A stretch of 64,000 nucleotides of DNA from Callorhinchus milii (GCF_018977255.1 NW_024704742.1:66280001-66344000); one strand, 5' to 3'. Shown: positions 26,232 through 38,422, counted from the stretch's first letter. Notes: a model not told the origin generated them from the sequence alone. Numbers and translations: made by a program.

Positions 26232-27354
26232 GTAAGAAATTCATAAGAAAATAAGAATTGTTAGGCAAAAGAAGACCAAAGTCCATCCAGTTCGCCTTTC
26301 ACCATCCTGGCAGTCGCATGACATGTTGTGCCCCAAACTAGATATAGAAATTCCCTGCTGTGTATTGAAGAAAAAGTTCCAGCACCACATAAGTGGAGCT
26401 CTATAGGGTCACAAAAGAAAAAAATAATGCTTGCCAAATGCTTGATTGCCTACAAAATACACAGTAACTACAATTTATCGTAAATTCTGTGAACCCCTTT
26501 GAGACATCCTCCTGATATGAAATACGCAATATCACATGCAAGATTATTACTTTCAAACGGCCATAGCGCCCCGAGTCATTTACTCCCAGCAGACTGGATC
26601 ATTAAGGCCTTCAATCTGCTTAGTACCTCTCACCAGTTCTTCCAACTTCATATAGATGGGTCTTTCTGCTATGGCCTGCCTGTTCAGAAACTATCCCTCT
26701 ATATTGTTCTCTCTGGATCCAAAGGACACACAAGGGGACACCCACAGGGACTGAGCAAATCCATCTCTATCCAGTTTACATCCTTTGACTCTGATTTCAC
26801 AAGATCACAATATTGATCTGGACAAAGAAGGCCCTTTGGGCCATTTGATCTCATCCTCCTAGATACTTAAAGCACTCGCCTGGCAAGCGAGAGACCTGGG
26901 TTCAATTCCCCCGGCAGGGCGAAAACTTGGGCAAGTTTCCTTACTCCACATGTGTGAAATTGGGCTCAAGTGTTTGTCAGAAACCACACCAAGGATATTG
27001 TTAAAACATTTTATTAGCAATTATAAAACCACATAAGCATCACATTACACCCAGCGCATAATCATTACTCGTCGCACTTAAATGACTACTAAAGCACTAT
27101 CCTAACAAGATAGTTAATTCTAAAATTCTATTGATATAAAAAAATTAAGTGATATATGAAATGTGGCTAAATCATCACTAACTGTTTTGTATGTATGTTG
27201 GTTGCGTGTTTTAGTAAGTAGGAAAGATACTACCAAGCAGGCAGGAAGTCGTGATGAAGTTCTAAGGCTGGCACATAAGTTAAACACTGTCTCTGGTGTG
27301 CTGCTGGCTGCAAATGTCTCTGGCTTGCTTCCAGCTGCAAATGTCTCTTGGTGG

Positions 27355-28115
27355 TCCAGGTCTCCCTCCCACCTCTCCGCTTTCCCTCACCCCTACACCA
27401 CCCATCCCCTATGCTCGGGCCCCGACACCTGACTGTTCAGTGCTTTGGACCATCTTCCCGACGTGAAAGGCGCTCTATAAATGTAATTTTGTTGTTGTTG
27501 TTGTCCACTCTGGCGAGAGCTGGACTTGTCCTCTTTCCCTCAAAGACGCTCTTCTTGCCCAACTCCACTGGCTTCCCATCACACAGAGGATACAATTCGA
27601 GATCCTGGTCCTCATATTCAAAACCCTCCACGGTCTTGCTCCCCCTACCTCTCCGATCTCCTAACCCCCTACCACCCTGTTTGCTCCCTCCACTCAGCGG
27701 GTTCCAGCCTGCTTCATGTCCCCCGCCTTGCTCGTCCCACTATCGGCGTGCGGGCCTTCCGCCACTCTGCGCCCACCCTCTGGAACTCCATCCCACAGTC
27801 CCTCCATCTCGCCCCCCCCTCGCCACCTTCAAGACCCACTTCAAGACCCTCCTCTTCGACTGTGCTTTCGAACTCCCTGCTTCCCCCCCTTCGCTGCACC
27901 CTCTCCCACCCAAACCCTCAGCTTGAGTCCGTAACTCTGTCTGTCCAGCACCTTGGGACGTCCTCCCGACATGAAAGGGGCTATACAAATGCGACATTGC
28001 TGTGCACAATTGGCTGCCACATTTCAACCACAAAATATATAGTCAATTCACTTTACAGTATATTCTGTGACGACGTGAAAAGTGCTATATCAAATGCAAG
28101 GATTATTATTATTAT
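27355..28115 (+). mobile_element. Tandem L2 3' fragments plus a SINE tail
   Basis: Two L2 3' ends and an LHWLPITQRIQF remnant, followed by a SINE tail ending (att)n. Confidence 0.75.
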
Positions 28116-28253
28116 TAATATCCAACATATCGTCTTCTCTTTTAATATCATTTAAACTAACGCAAACATAGCAATTCACGGCCTCAGTAACAATTGGCAA
28201 AAGCTTGATTAATTCTGTGCTTTGAACCTGTGCTGTTAAAATGTCTGTTGCAG

Positions 28254-28318
28254 CTCTCAATTTTATGTAAACAGCAAAGAACTAAGCCAGGCCTGTGGGC
28301 AAATTGAGGACAAAACAG
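28254..28318 (+). CDS. Ig receptor exon 8 (cytoplasmic, SSQFYVNSKELSQACGQIEDKT)
   Basis: ctgttgcag| acceptor and CAG|gtaaga donor. Phase 2-1, contains YVN. Confidence 0.72.
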
Positions 28319-30626
28319 GTAAGAGCAAGCTATACCGTCTAACAAACTGTAAACACTGCCTTCTAGTTAATTGAATTGAATATATTGCTTATGAGATACA
28401 CGTAGTTGTTACAACTTTGTCTCTTGGGGATGGATTGAGACCGGCTTCACCTTAATTTAACTTGTCTAATAGTGCTTATAATTATCTCCCTATTGACATA
28501 TGGCTCCTCAGCCACATCACAAAGGCTGGGTTGCAATTCCACAGGAACTGGTTGCAACTCAGATACCCTCCCCAAGTAGCTATGTGACTAGCTGATAGTG
28601 GCTATCAGAGATGGCGTCACATCAAGACTGACATTGCCTCATCCAGGTCTCACACACTCAAACCACCAGCAGAGGGGGCTAAAGAGGGGCTCGGAGCAGG
28701 AAACCTGGCTGTTTTTCCCCTCTCCAGCTCCAGGAAGGATGGGGCCATTTAGCTTTCCTCAGAAGCCCAGATGAGACCACCAGCAAATTCACGATTTGAA
28801 CCAGGGAGCTCCAGGTCCACAATCTGCAGTCCTACCCACCTCTTGAATATTACATTATTTTGTTCTTCATTTACCCCCAAAATCATTGCAAATAACGTAT
28901 CCCTAGTGGGATGAAAAATCTTTCATTCCTTTTCTCTGGGTGGCAACTATTTAAGGACATTTTGTTAATAATAAAAAATAAAGATATTAATCCTTAATTT
29001 TGGTACAGTACCTTACACGTCAGAGGATGGCTGACAGCAATTTAGAATATATACTTAAAGTGGAGTACCTGTGTATTTTCTGGGTGAAATGGGCAGCCAA
29101 TTTGTTTGCATAGCAATGTCCCACAAACAGCCATGGAGTGAGTGACCGATTTTATTTGGGGGTTTGTTGGCCAGGACACTGGGAGAAACCATCTTCTCAT
29201 TTCAAGTAGTGCCATGGGATTTTTAAAGTCCACCTGAACAGGCAGATGGGACCTCGGTTTAACAACACAACAACAAGGTTACATTTGTATAGCGCCTTTT
29301 ACATCGGGAGGACGTCCCAAGGCGCTGGACAGTGTACAGCATTTCAGACCCGAGCTGGGGTCAGGGGGGGAGAAGGGAAGGGAAGAGAGGTGACTGATGG
29401 CATGGTCGAAGAGGAGGGTTTTGAGACGGGACTTGAAGGAGGCTAAGATTTCATCCTAAGGGCAGTGCTTCCAAAAGTACAGCGCACTCCTAGCACCATA
29501 TTGCAGTGCCAGCATCCACTATTTGAGTTCCAAGTGTCGACGTGGTAGTGGAACCCACAACCTTCTGTTAACTGTTTAAATTGTAATGTTTAGTAAATTT
29601 CCGCTCTTCACAGTGAGGGAATCTCCATCAGCTTTTAATATCAGCAACAAACACCCCCAAGTCCAGTTAAAGCTGCATACAAAGTAATACTAGGTCTTGG
29701 AACAACACCCCCTGCCGCACCAATGTGACACTTCAGGCCATATGATAATACTGTCACACATCATGATTATTATTGCTACGATTGTTATTACTATCTTCAA
29801 AGTTAGTAACTGTTCTTCAAAAGTTAATGGCTGTTCTTCAATGTTTGTGAATGTTCTTCATTGTTTAATAACCTCCAACTCAGGTACAAACCCTTGATTG
29901 TCCAGTGCCTTGGGATGTCCTTCTGCCATGAAAAACGCGATACAAATGTAATTTGTTGTTGTCTGTGACTATTTTTCAAATTTTGGCTCTTGAAAGTTAG
30001 TAACTATTCGTGAATGTTAGAGACTATACTTCAAAGTTCAGGTTCAGAGGACCTGTGTTGAGATTTTTAGCGTTTCACTGGTTGTGACACCTGCCCATCA
30101 AGCCAGCAGCAACAACAACTTGCATTTATATAACGCCCTCCACGCAGAGAGGCATCTCGGAGCACTTAACAGTGGTGGAGTCTGACACCAAGCTGGGTGG
30201 AAGGGGGAGGTGACTGTAAAAGGAAGGTATGCAAGCATGCCTGAAATGGGGGGAAGAAGGGAGCAAGGCGGAGGGATTGAGGGAGAGAGTTCCAAAGTTT
30301 ACAGTTAATGAAATTCATTTGTAACAATACAGTTTGGTCCTCGATAAACAGTGTTGAGCATGGAATCAAAAAAAGGGAAGCGATAAGTTTTAAAGTTAGA
30401 AAATAAAGTTTAGGTAACAAAAGTAAGTGAAACGTAAATGCGGTGAAATATGAAATAGCTTTATTATTGTAATATTAATGGGCTTTTCATCATCACTTTC
30501 GGGGGTAATAATCCCCTAAAAAACAAGAAATTTGATCACTCAATCCACGACTGTTTATGGGAACAAAAACAGAGAGAGCTGGGAAAACTCAGCAGGTCAG
30601 GCAGCATCAATGGAGAAAGGAAAGTG

Positions 30627-30663
30627 AGTCAACATTTCGGGTCCACGACCCTTCATCAGAACT
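30627..30663 (-). ncRNA. Minimal type I hammerhead ribozyme motif in a Penelope-type repeat (30562-30663)
   Basis: Minus strand AGUU-CUGAUGA-A-GGGUC-GUG-GACCC-GAAA-UGUU-GACU has both core boxes, a perfect 5-bp stem II and a 4-bp stem I. Stem III is minimal. Activity is unproven. Confidence 0.6.
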
Positions 30664-30961
30664 ATTTATTCTGCTGTTTATACTGCTGTGCACAATTGGC
30701 TGCTACCTTTCACCCACAAAATATAGAGTCAATTCACTTTACAGTATATCCTGTGAAACGCTTTGAGACGTTTCAACGACATAAGGTGTAATATCAAATG
30801 CAAGGATTAATATTATTATCATCACTTTCCATGGGATAAATGCTTACAGATCAATTTGCTCAGAGATAGAAATCTGAAAATTCTTATGGCCTTGAGACTA
30901 ATGCCAGAAAATCTAAGATCGTGCAGAATTTTCCAAATGTTTCTTACCTTTTATTTTCCAG

Positions 30962-31056
30962 ATCATGTCTACAGAAACACGGCAGACATAGAATGGGAGA
31001 AACGGCAGTCGTCAGCAAACAGGACAAAAGACGGGGACGTATATCAGAATACGTAA
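30962..31056 (+). CDS. Ig receptor exon 9 (terminal, DHVYRNTADIEWEKRQSSANRTKDGDVYQNT*)
   Basis: Strong polypyrimidine acceptor ttattttccag|. Phase-1 start, YRN and YQN motifs, stop TAA. The nine-exon model totals 879 nt = 292 aa plus stop. Confidence 0.72.
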
Positions 31057-31419
31057 AGGTTTCACATTGGGACCCTTTGAGTAACTGTATAAAGCTAGGC
31101 TTCAGTATTCTGTAGTATATACATTCTAGTCTGATTAAACAGCATTGCATATGTGATATAAGTGGAATGATGCACACTGATGAAAGTGCTGATTTCTATG
31201 TGTAAATACTGGGTGTTAAACTTACACACCCTATATATCCATTTATTACTGTCTCTTTTACTGTCATTGCTATAAAGATCCATGTCTGTGGCATCTTACA
31301 ACCTCACTTTCTACTGTTATCTCACTATGTTGATGTGGGTTTTCTTCAATCTATCAAATGCACATTACAGTTGTTCCCCTCCCCACTTTGTCCTCTCCAC
31401 AGGGCTTTGGACTCCTTGT

Positions 31420-31765
31420 TTCATGGTCAGGGAGCCCTCCTAACTGAGCAGCCATTATTTGTATCTGAGCATCGACAGTGACAGGCTATTTCACCAGGGA
31501 GGTGGAGAGGGATTAGGAGCAACACAGATGAGCCTGATCTTGTCCTTCCCTGGCAATCCCATTTGTGCAGTGCAGTTCAGGCAGTGAGTCTGTGGATTGT
31601 GATTGGGAGCAAGAACCCAGCCTGATTATCCCACTCCCTAACCCAGGGGCACTGAGGCCAATTGTAGCATCTGGGCTTCTGCCCCATCTGAGAGAAATCA
31701 GCTTGTTCAGCACAGACCGTGATTCGAACTTATATTCCCTATATGGCTCACCACAGTGATTTATC
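31420..31765 (-). mobile_element. Ancient tRNA-derived SINE of a second family (related copy at ~28500-28835)
   Basis: The two copies share ggagcaggaaccctggctgattttcccctcc-like cores and a B-box remnant. Family name not assigned. Confidence 0.5.
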
Positions 31766-34700
31766 CTCTAGTCGAGACCATCTTTATGGTCTTGTTGAAA
31801 TGCATCATTTTTTTTATCACGCTGGTCAGGTGTCTGGGTTCACAGCTTCCTTACAATGACTAATAATCTTCCAGATAAAATTGGTCATTCACTTTATGGC
31901 TATTTGCGGGACATTGCTGTGCACAAATTGGCTGCCATGCTCCCCCACAAAATACTCAGTCAGTAAGTTTTACAAAAAATCTTGCAAATCACTTTGGGAC
32001 ATGCCCCTAATGCGAAAAATGCTACAGTATATCAAATGTAAGGTTACTTTTTTAATTTAATGATCATTGTCGCTGAATTCCCACAAATTGATATAAGTTA
32101 TTTTAAAGGGAATTATGTTGGATTTTTATCTCAGTTTCTTCCCATTATGGCTGAGCTATCATAGAGGAGGTATGTCCACGTACCTTCTGTCAGTGGTACA
32201 ATGACCTGTCATCTCCTTGATTATTTGCATTACGTTATTAAGCTGGGCACCTCACATCAGTGTTCAATAATGTGAAGGTTCAATGAGATCTTCCACTCCC
32301 ATTGACAGGGTGGGTGTAGGGGAGGAATATGATTGCTCCCTCACACAAGGAACCAAACCTAGATCTCAACACCATTGGAGTTGAAAATTTTTTTTTGTTT
32401 CTAAGCATGTAAATCATGTTGTTTTGTCTCATAACAACCATCGCAAGGAGCTGAGGTAAGAAAAATGGTTCAAATAATTTGTCCCTTGGTTTGAATCTTT
32501 TATTCTCTGAGCCAGGGACAATCAAAGCTAACTTCAGGTTAACCTGCTTTGTGTCTCTCATAGCCTCAGTCAAGTAAGTTTTTGCTCTGTGTTGTTGCTC
32601 CACCACCCAAGGAGGCCCCAGCAGCAATGTAGCATACAATGCAACAGCAACGTTAGGAACTGTCACTTCCTGTGTTGTTAAAAGATGTCTAATCACAAAG
32701 AAAAAACTGAACGGACAGCAAAAAATGTTAGTAACTTGAGACAGCATTTAAGAATTGTCCAGCATTCTGGACAGTTTTACTTTTTAAGACAATGAAGTAT
32801 TTCAGGCCTTTGAATGTCTAAGTGAATGAATCACTTGCGCTCTGGGACTCTACCCTGTGTGAGGGGCGCTATATTAATGCAAGTTGTTGTTGAATCAGGT
32901 GGCCCAATTGGAGGGAGTTCACTATTCCATGGCACCAATGTTTAAGAATTACAATAATTGATTGGCACAATGCACACATTGAGCAGTCGCTATTACGAGC
33001 AGGGCTTAACCAGCGGGGGAACCTAAAAGCTAATTCCCACACCATCTTTCATGAACGAAATATACTCATACATACAAGGATGGATTTTATTGACCAGTTT
33101 CATTCTTTCCATCGGGTTCATTTCAGCTTAAGGGGAGCTCCGGAGCCCATTCCTTACTTGTGCAGATCTGATACTTTTACGATTTATCCTTTCAATGCGT
33201 TGCTTGGTGAAAATGTGATGTGTGATTTTAATCCTTTTGGTGAACAAAACAGAAGTGATTCGACTGAGCTGGTGCATGATTGAGTTTGTGTGTAAAATGC
33301 AAATGGTATCAAATCTTCAGTTTTCTCTACAGTTTCAACTTTTGTGTCATAAGGCAGTATCGTGCTTCTGTGCTTTGGATGACACAAGATCCTAGCTGCC
33401 TTTTAAGGTGGATGTTAAAGATCCCGTGGCACTATTCGAAAGAGGAGGAAGTTTGGCCCAGTGTCCTGGCCAACAATGCCCCAGATAAAATTGGTCTTTC
33501 ACTTCACGGCTGTTTCTGGGGCTTTGCTGTGCACAAATTGACATCTGATTTGCCTGCGAGATATATAGTTACTATACTTCACAGTAAAATACTCTGGTGA
33601 GCTCTGGGACATTCTTGTAACGTGAAATTGAATGTAAGGAGTGTTACTTTTATTATCTGCTGAGATCATCTTATTCCAATGTACCACTGTACTGACGACA
33701 TGTATTGGTTCTTTATCTTGACTTTAACAATAAAGAAATTAATGTTAAACACCTGCAATGTTTTCTTTCTGTCACTCAGATTCAGAAACTATGGCAGGCT
33801 GGTTTAGTTAGCAGCACTCTCACATCCAGTTCAAAAGATTGTGGGTTTAAGCTTCAAGTTGGGACCTCAGCTCAAAGTCCGGGCTGATGGGCATTGTGAG
33901 GAGTGTTGCATTTTAAAGTGCTGTCTTTCACATGAGACATTAAACCGAGGTCTCGTCTATCTGTCCAGTTGGAAGTTAAAGATCCCACAACACTATTTAG
34001 AAGGGGGTTTCTTCTGGTGTCCTGGCCAACAATCTTCCAGATTAATTGGTCATTCAATGTGTAGCTGATTTTTGGCTCATCGCTCCGTAAAACACTCCAA
34101 ACAAACTTCTGCCTTATCGCTCTTTGGAGGAATTAAATTGACTCCTCTATTCACTTAGTTCCCAGCAGGTGGAAATAATTTCTTCCGATTTGACTCTATT
34201 AAAACCCCTCATCCTTTTAAAGACCTCTATCAGGTAATCAACCACCTCTGTTCTAGTGAAAATAAGGCCACTTCCTGTAGTCTCTGTTCACAGGTCAAAC
34301 CACTCATCACTGGTATAATTCCCATAAATAAAAAAAATTGATCCCTCAATGCACGACTGTTTGTGGGACACTGCTGTGTGTAGTGGGCTGCTGCGTTTCA
34401 CCCACAAAATAGACAGTAAATTCTTTGAGTCGTCTCAATGTTGCGATACGGTGCCAGATCAAATGCAAGGATTATTTATTATTATCATAATAAGGACTAC
34501 AAAACACACAACTGCACTTTACAGTGTATTCTTATATCCTGTGAAACATTTTGAGACGTCCTCCCAATGTAAAAGGTGCTATACATAAACACGATTTTTT
34601 GTTGTAAAAGGTGCAATACCAAAGGTAAAGAGAGTAGGGGCATAATTCAATGCTTTCTCTGGGAAAAGATCGCACAACTATTTTATTTTGCTGCAAAGTC

Positions 34701-35350
34701 ACCTAAGACACTTAGAACAACAACAACAACTTGCATTTATTTATATAGGGCAATATATTTTTATATTAATTTATTTATATGTTTATTTACATAGGGGCGG
34801 CGTCCCAGAACGCTTAACAACGGTAAAGGACAAATGTAAGTTGCACGACGAAAGTTTGCTTGGGTTGGGGGGGAGGGAAATAAACTGCCCGACCGCGCGA
34901 TGAAAGCGAAGCGTCCGCCCGGACCGCAACACAAAAGATCGATTTACTTTTTTTTTGTTTGATTGATTGACGGGAAGAAAACAAGGCGGGCGGCGACCCC
35001 CGGCCCCATTCAGGAGCCGAGTGGCGGCTGTGAACCAATCAGAGAGGAGCGGTGTGAAAAAAATAAAAGGAGGCGAAGGCGGTGGTGGGGGGAGGGGGGC
35101 GAGTTCAGTAATAATACCGCGCGGGGGGGGGCAGAGTGACAACAAACCTGTTAACAAGTGCCCAACATCATAACGCGCATCGTATTATAGCTTTTGTAGC
35201 TGAGAATAACACATAGTTGGATTGTAGTGTGACTTTACTGTGTGTAATCTCACAAGTTCCCCCCCTTCCCCTCTGTGTGTGTGTGTGTGTGTGCTGGACC
35301 CCTGGACGGGTGGTACGGTCCGGCTGCTTGGCGGGGCTGTGAAAGAGAGA

Positions 35351-35381
<31 letters not shown>

Positions 35382-35620
35382 GCTTTAAGGTCAGAGCCGA
35401 GCGGTCGGTGTCTCTCTCTTTCTCCCCCGCATTTGTCTCCCCTTTCGGAGACTTTTTCTTTCAACGAGTTTCACCGTCACTGAACTCAGTGTCGCTTCAC
35501 CGGGCGACCGCGATAATATCGAGTTGCTATTTTCTGGACGGCGGTGGGTGTGTGAGTGAGTGAAGGGGGAAAAAACCAGGAGCGGCTCGAGACTCTTTCG
35601 AGTGACGGCGACTTCGGAGG

Positions 35621-35673
35621 ATGTCGGCGTCGCAGCCCGAACACCAGGCCTGTCCGAGAAACGAGCGCTTCAG
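35621..35673 (+). CDS. SLBP: SLBP exon 1
   Basis: ATG within the CpG island; MSASQPEHQACPRNERF; AG|gtaag donor, phase 2, in frame with exon 2. Confidence 0.72.
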
Positions 35674-36725
35674 GTAAGAGTCCCCGACCCCGCGGAGGCT
35701 GTTGTGTGTGTGTGTGTGTTTTTGGAGGGGGTCATTTATTTAAACCTCTCCCCCTCTCGGCGTCGGGCTCCGCCGGTGTGGAGCGCCCCGCGGGCGGGCG
35801 GGAGGGCGGGCGCTGTGCGCTGCTGTTGGAGCCGGGGCTCGCGCGGCGGCGGTTATTCGGAGCGCGGGGTTTGAAAAGGGCGCGCGGCGGAGCTGGCGGG
35901 AAACTGGCGACCACCGCCACACAGCCTCCCCCCCCCTCCCCCCCGCGCACACACCGGGCCGAGCACAACCCTCCCCTCTCCCTCCTCCATCGTTTACAAT
36001 TCTCTCCCGGTAAGGGCGCGGCAGACTCGGGATACACGCGGTTAATACCGCCGCACACACACACACACACACAGCACTGGTGTGAAGTGGGACGTTGGGC
36101 GCCCTTTGTGTGCAACCCATCTCTCGTTTGTATTTAACATGTCGGTTGGCTTTGGGCCCGAGCTTGGTTTGTGTTAGTTTGTGTTTTATATATATATATA
36201 TATATATATGTAAAAGGAGAGCAATCTGGGGAGTATTTTATTTCAAACTGGGAATTAAATCTTCCATCCCGTGTTGTCGGAAAGGAAGGGCGAGTTTGCA
36301 CGAATTTTGCGGCCGTCTATCTGTGGCAGCGCTTTTGCATTAATTACGTGTAAAAAGGTTTTACTGTGCGTTGACGCTTCGTCTTCGGATCGCGCGTAGT
36401 GTGTGTATTCAATGTGCGTTTATTTGGGTGGATGGAACCTCAAATAGACTTTGTGTGTTGCAGTTCTCGCTGTTCCTGTGGTATCTGCGATGCGCCTTTG
36501 CTTCAGTAAAACCGGAGTGAACGTCCACAGTTGGTGTTGAGGAGGGCGGGAGCTGGGGACGGCTCTTTCGGTTCGCTTGGCGCGCAAAGTAACTGTTAAC
36601 GTCGGGTGAAGGAAGCGCTTATTGCTGGGCCGATACGGTTTTATCTCTCCCCCCCCCACTCCCCCCGGGGGGAGGACGGACTGTGCAGCTCCCGCATTGA
36701 GATCTTTTTGCCTGCATCCCGGCAG

Positions 36726-36878
36726 CAGGAGGAGGCCGCCGCCATGTCGCTGGTCCTGCGGCAGGAAGCGCGGGGCCGACGGCAAACTCAGGCGACAGGA
36801 CGACTCGGACGCCACCGTCTTCGACGAGAGCAAGGACTGGTCCGCGGACTCTTCCCAGGCGGATATCAGGGTCACCAG
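36726..36878 (+). CDS. SLBP: SLBP exon 2
   Basis: PPPCRWSCGRKRGADG matches the SLBP RWSxGRKRxADG motif. Tandem CAGCAG acceptor (start 36726 or 36729); AG|gtgag donor. Confidence 0.88.
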
Positions 36879-37160
36879 GTGAGGAGGGCCTTCTGATCCG
36901 AGGGAGGGGGAGAGAAGAGGGAGCACCGAACACCCCTTCCCCCGCAGACGGCTGTCCGGTTGCAGCGCGTTTCTGGAATATGGCGCATCTCATTACAACC
37001 ACAATACTCAAAAACTCGGAGCAGTCGCTGGGTTTGGGGTGTGGGATTATTTGTTTCGCTATCTGTAACTTCAATTGTTTTAAATCCCCCCTCATACAAA
37101 TGGTGACCTGAGTATATTGACACAGCTGCCCGGTGACCTGCTCCACAAGGAACTGTGAAT

Positions 37161-37637
37161 AAAAGGCAAAATACTGCAGATTCTTAGCTTTTATCTTAAA
37201 AAAAAACAGAAGTCGCTGGGAACACGCAGCAGGTCAGGCCTCTACGGAGAGAGGAAACCGAGTTAACGTTTCAGACCTTTTGTCAGAATTGGGAGATGTT
37301 GGAAGGGAGCAGATTATAAGGAGAAGTGGCAGGGAAAGAAAGACAAAGGTAAAGTTTAGGTGGGGGCAGAAGATGATGAGATCAGAGGCGTTGATGGTGC
37401 AAGACAAAAGAAGGTAATAGTGGGAGCCTTTTGTCTTGCATCTGCAACACCTCTGATTTTATCATCTTCTGTCCCCCACCTGAATTTTTCTTTTGTATTT
37501 CTTTCCCTGCCCTCTTCTCCGCTCATCCTTATAATCTGCTCCCTTCCAATATCCCTTAGTACTGATGAAAGGTTATCAAACTGAAACGTTAACTCGTTTT
37601 CATCTCCATAGATGCTGCCTGACCTACTGCGTATTCC
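37161..37637. mobile_element. Fold-back element made of inverted Penelope-type terminal repeats
   Basis: Arms at ~37219-37410 and 37428-37637 are reverse complements. They contain gatgctgcctgacc and CTGATGA...GAAACGTT. Confidence 0.75.
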
Positions 37638-38030
37638 CTCTCAACCCCATCCTCACCCGACTCCACTGGCTTCCCATCACACAGAGGATACAGTTCAAGA
37701 TCCTGGTCCTCATCTGCAAAGCCCTCCATGGTCTTGCTTCCCCCCTACCTCTGTGACATCCTAACCCTCTACCATCCTGCTTGCTCCCTCAGCTCAGCGG
37801 GCTCCGGCCTGCTTCATGTCCCCGCCTTACTCGCTCCACTATAGGCAGGCAGGCGTTCTGCCACTCTGCCCCCACCCTCTGAAACTCCATCCCGCAGACC
37901 CTCCGCCTTTCCCCCTCCCCTGCTTCCTTCAAGACCCTCTGACAGTGCTTTCAATCACCCCACCCTGAAACTCTGACTGTCCAGTGCCTTGGGATGACCT
38001 CCCAATGTGAAAGGCGCTATATAAATGTTC
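37638..38030 (+). mobile_element. L2-clade LINE 3' fragment
   Basis: PILTRLHWLPITQRIQFKILVLICKALHGLA and the conserved L2 3' end. Confidence 0.85.
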
Positions 38031-38422
38031 TGTTTTTATTCCACAAGGGGCTGTGCTTTGCTGACAAGTCTAAACAACAGACTATCTGATTTGAGAAGTG
38101 TTGCTGAATAGTATGCTTGGTTTCTTCCCCTTTTTGTTGTGGGATGATTGGCACCAAACTGCTGTTGCCAATTCAACCGTTGATCCCACCTTGTTAACTT
38201 ATCTCCCCCCTCCCTCACTGTTTGCCTTTTGATTCTGGTTTACCCAACTACTTTGACTGTTTATACTCCACACAAGCCCACTATCACCCCTCCTTGTTGC
38301 AGGAGAAATGTTTATAGGTGCGGGACCTCACTAATCTGCATAACTTTAATGTTAGTATATGCAAAATCACTGCACTTTTTTAAAAAATTTGGTGGTTTTA
38401 ATGTTAGGTTTATTTTTTCCAG

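Larger units (their letters stand above)
34790..37000. promoter_or_regulatory. SLBP: CpG island / promoter and first exons of SLBP
   Basis: Sharp rise in GC and CpG against the AT-rich background. CCAAT at 35035-35039, E2F-like GGCGGGAAA at 35895-35903, CHR-like TTTGAA at 35870-35875. Also (TG)n, (CG)n(GA)n, (CA)n and (TA)n tracts. Confidence 0.8.

Noticed and set aside
35168..37146. Many overlapping GC-rich ORFs (also at 48050-48913)
   Set aside because: Stop-codon depletion in CpG islands explains them; only the spliced SLBP exons show homology.
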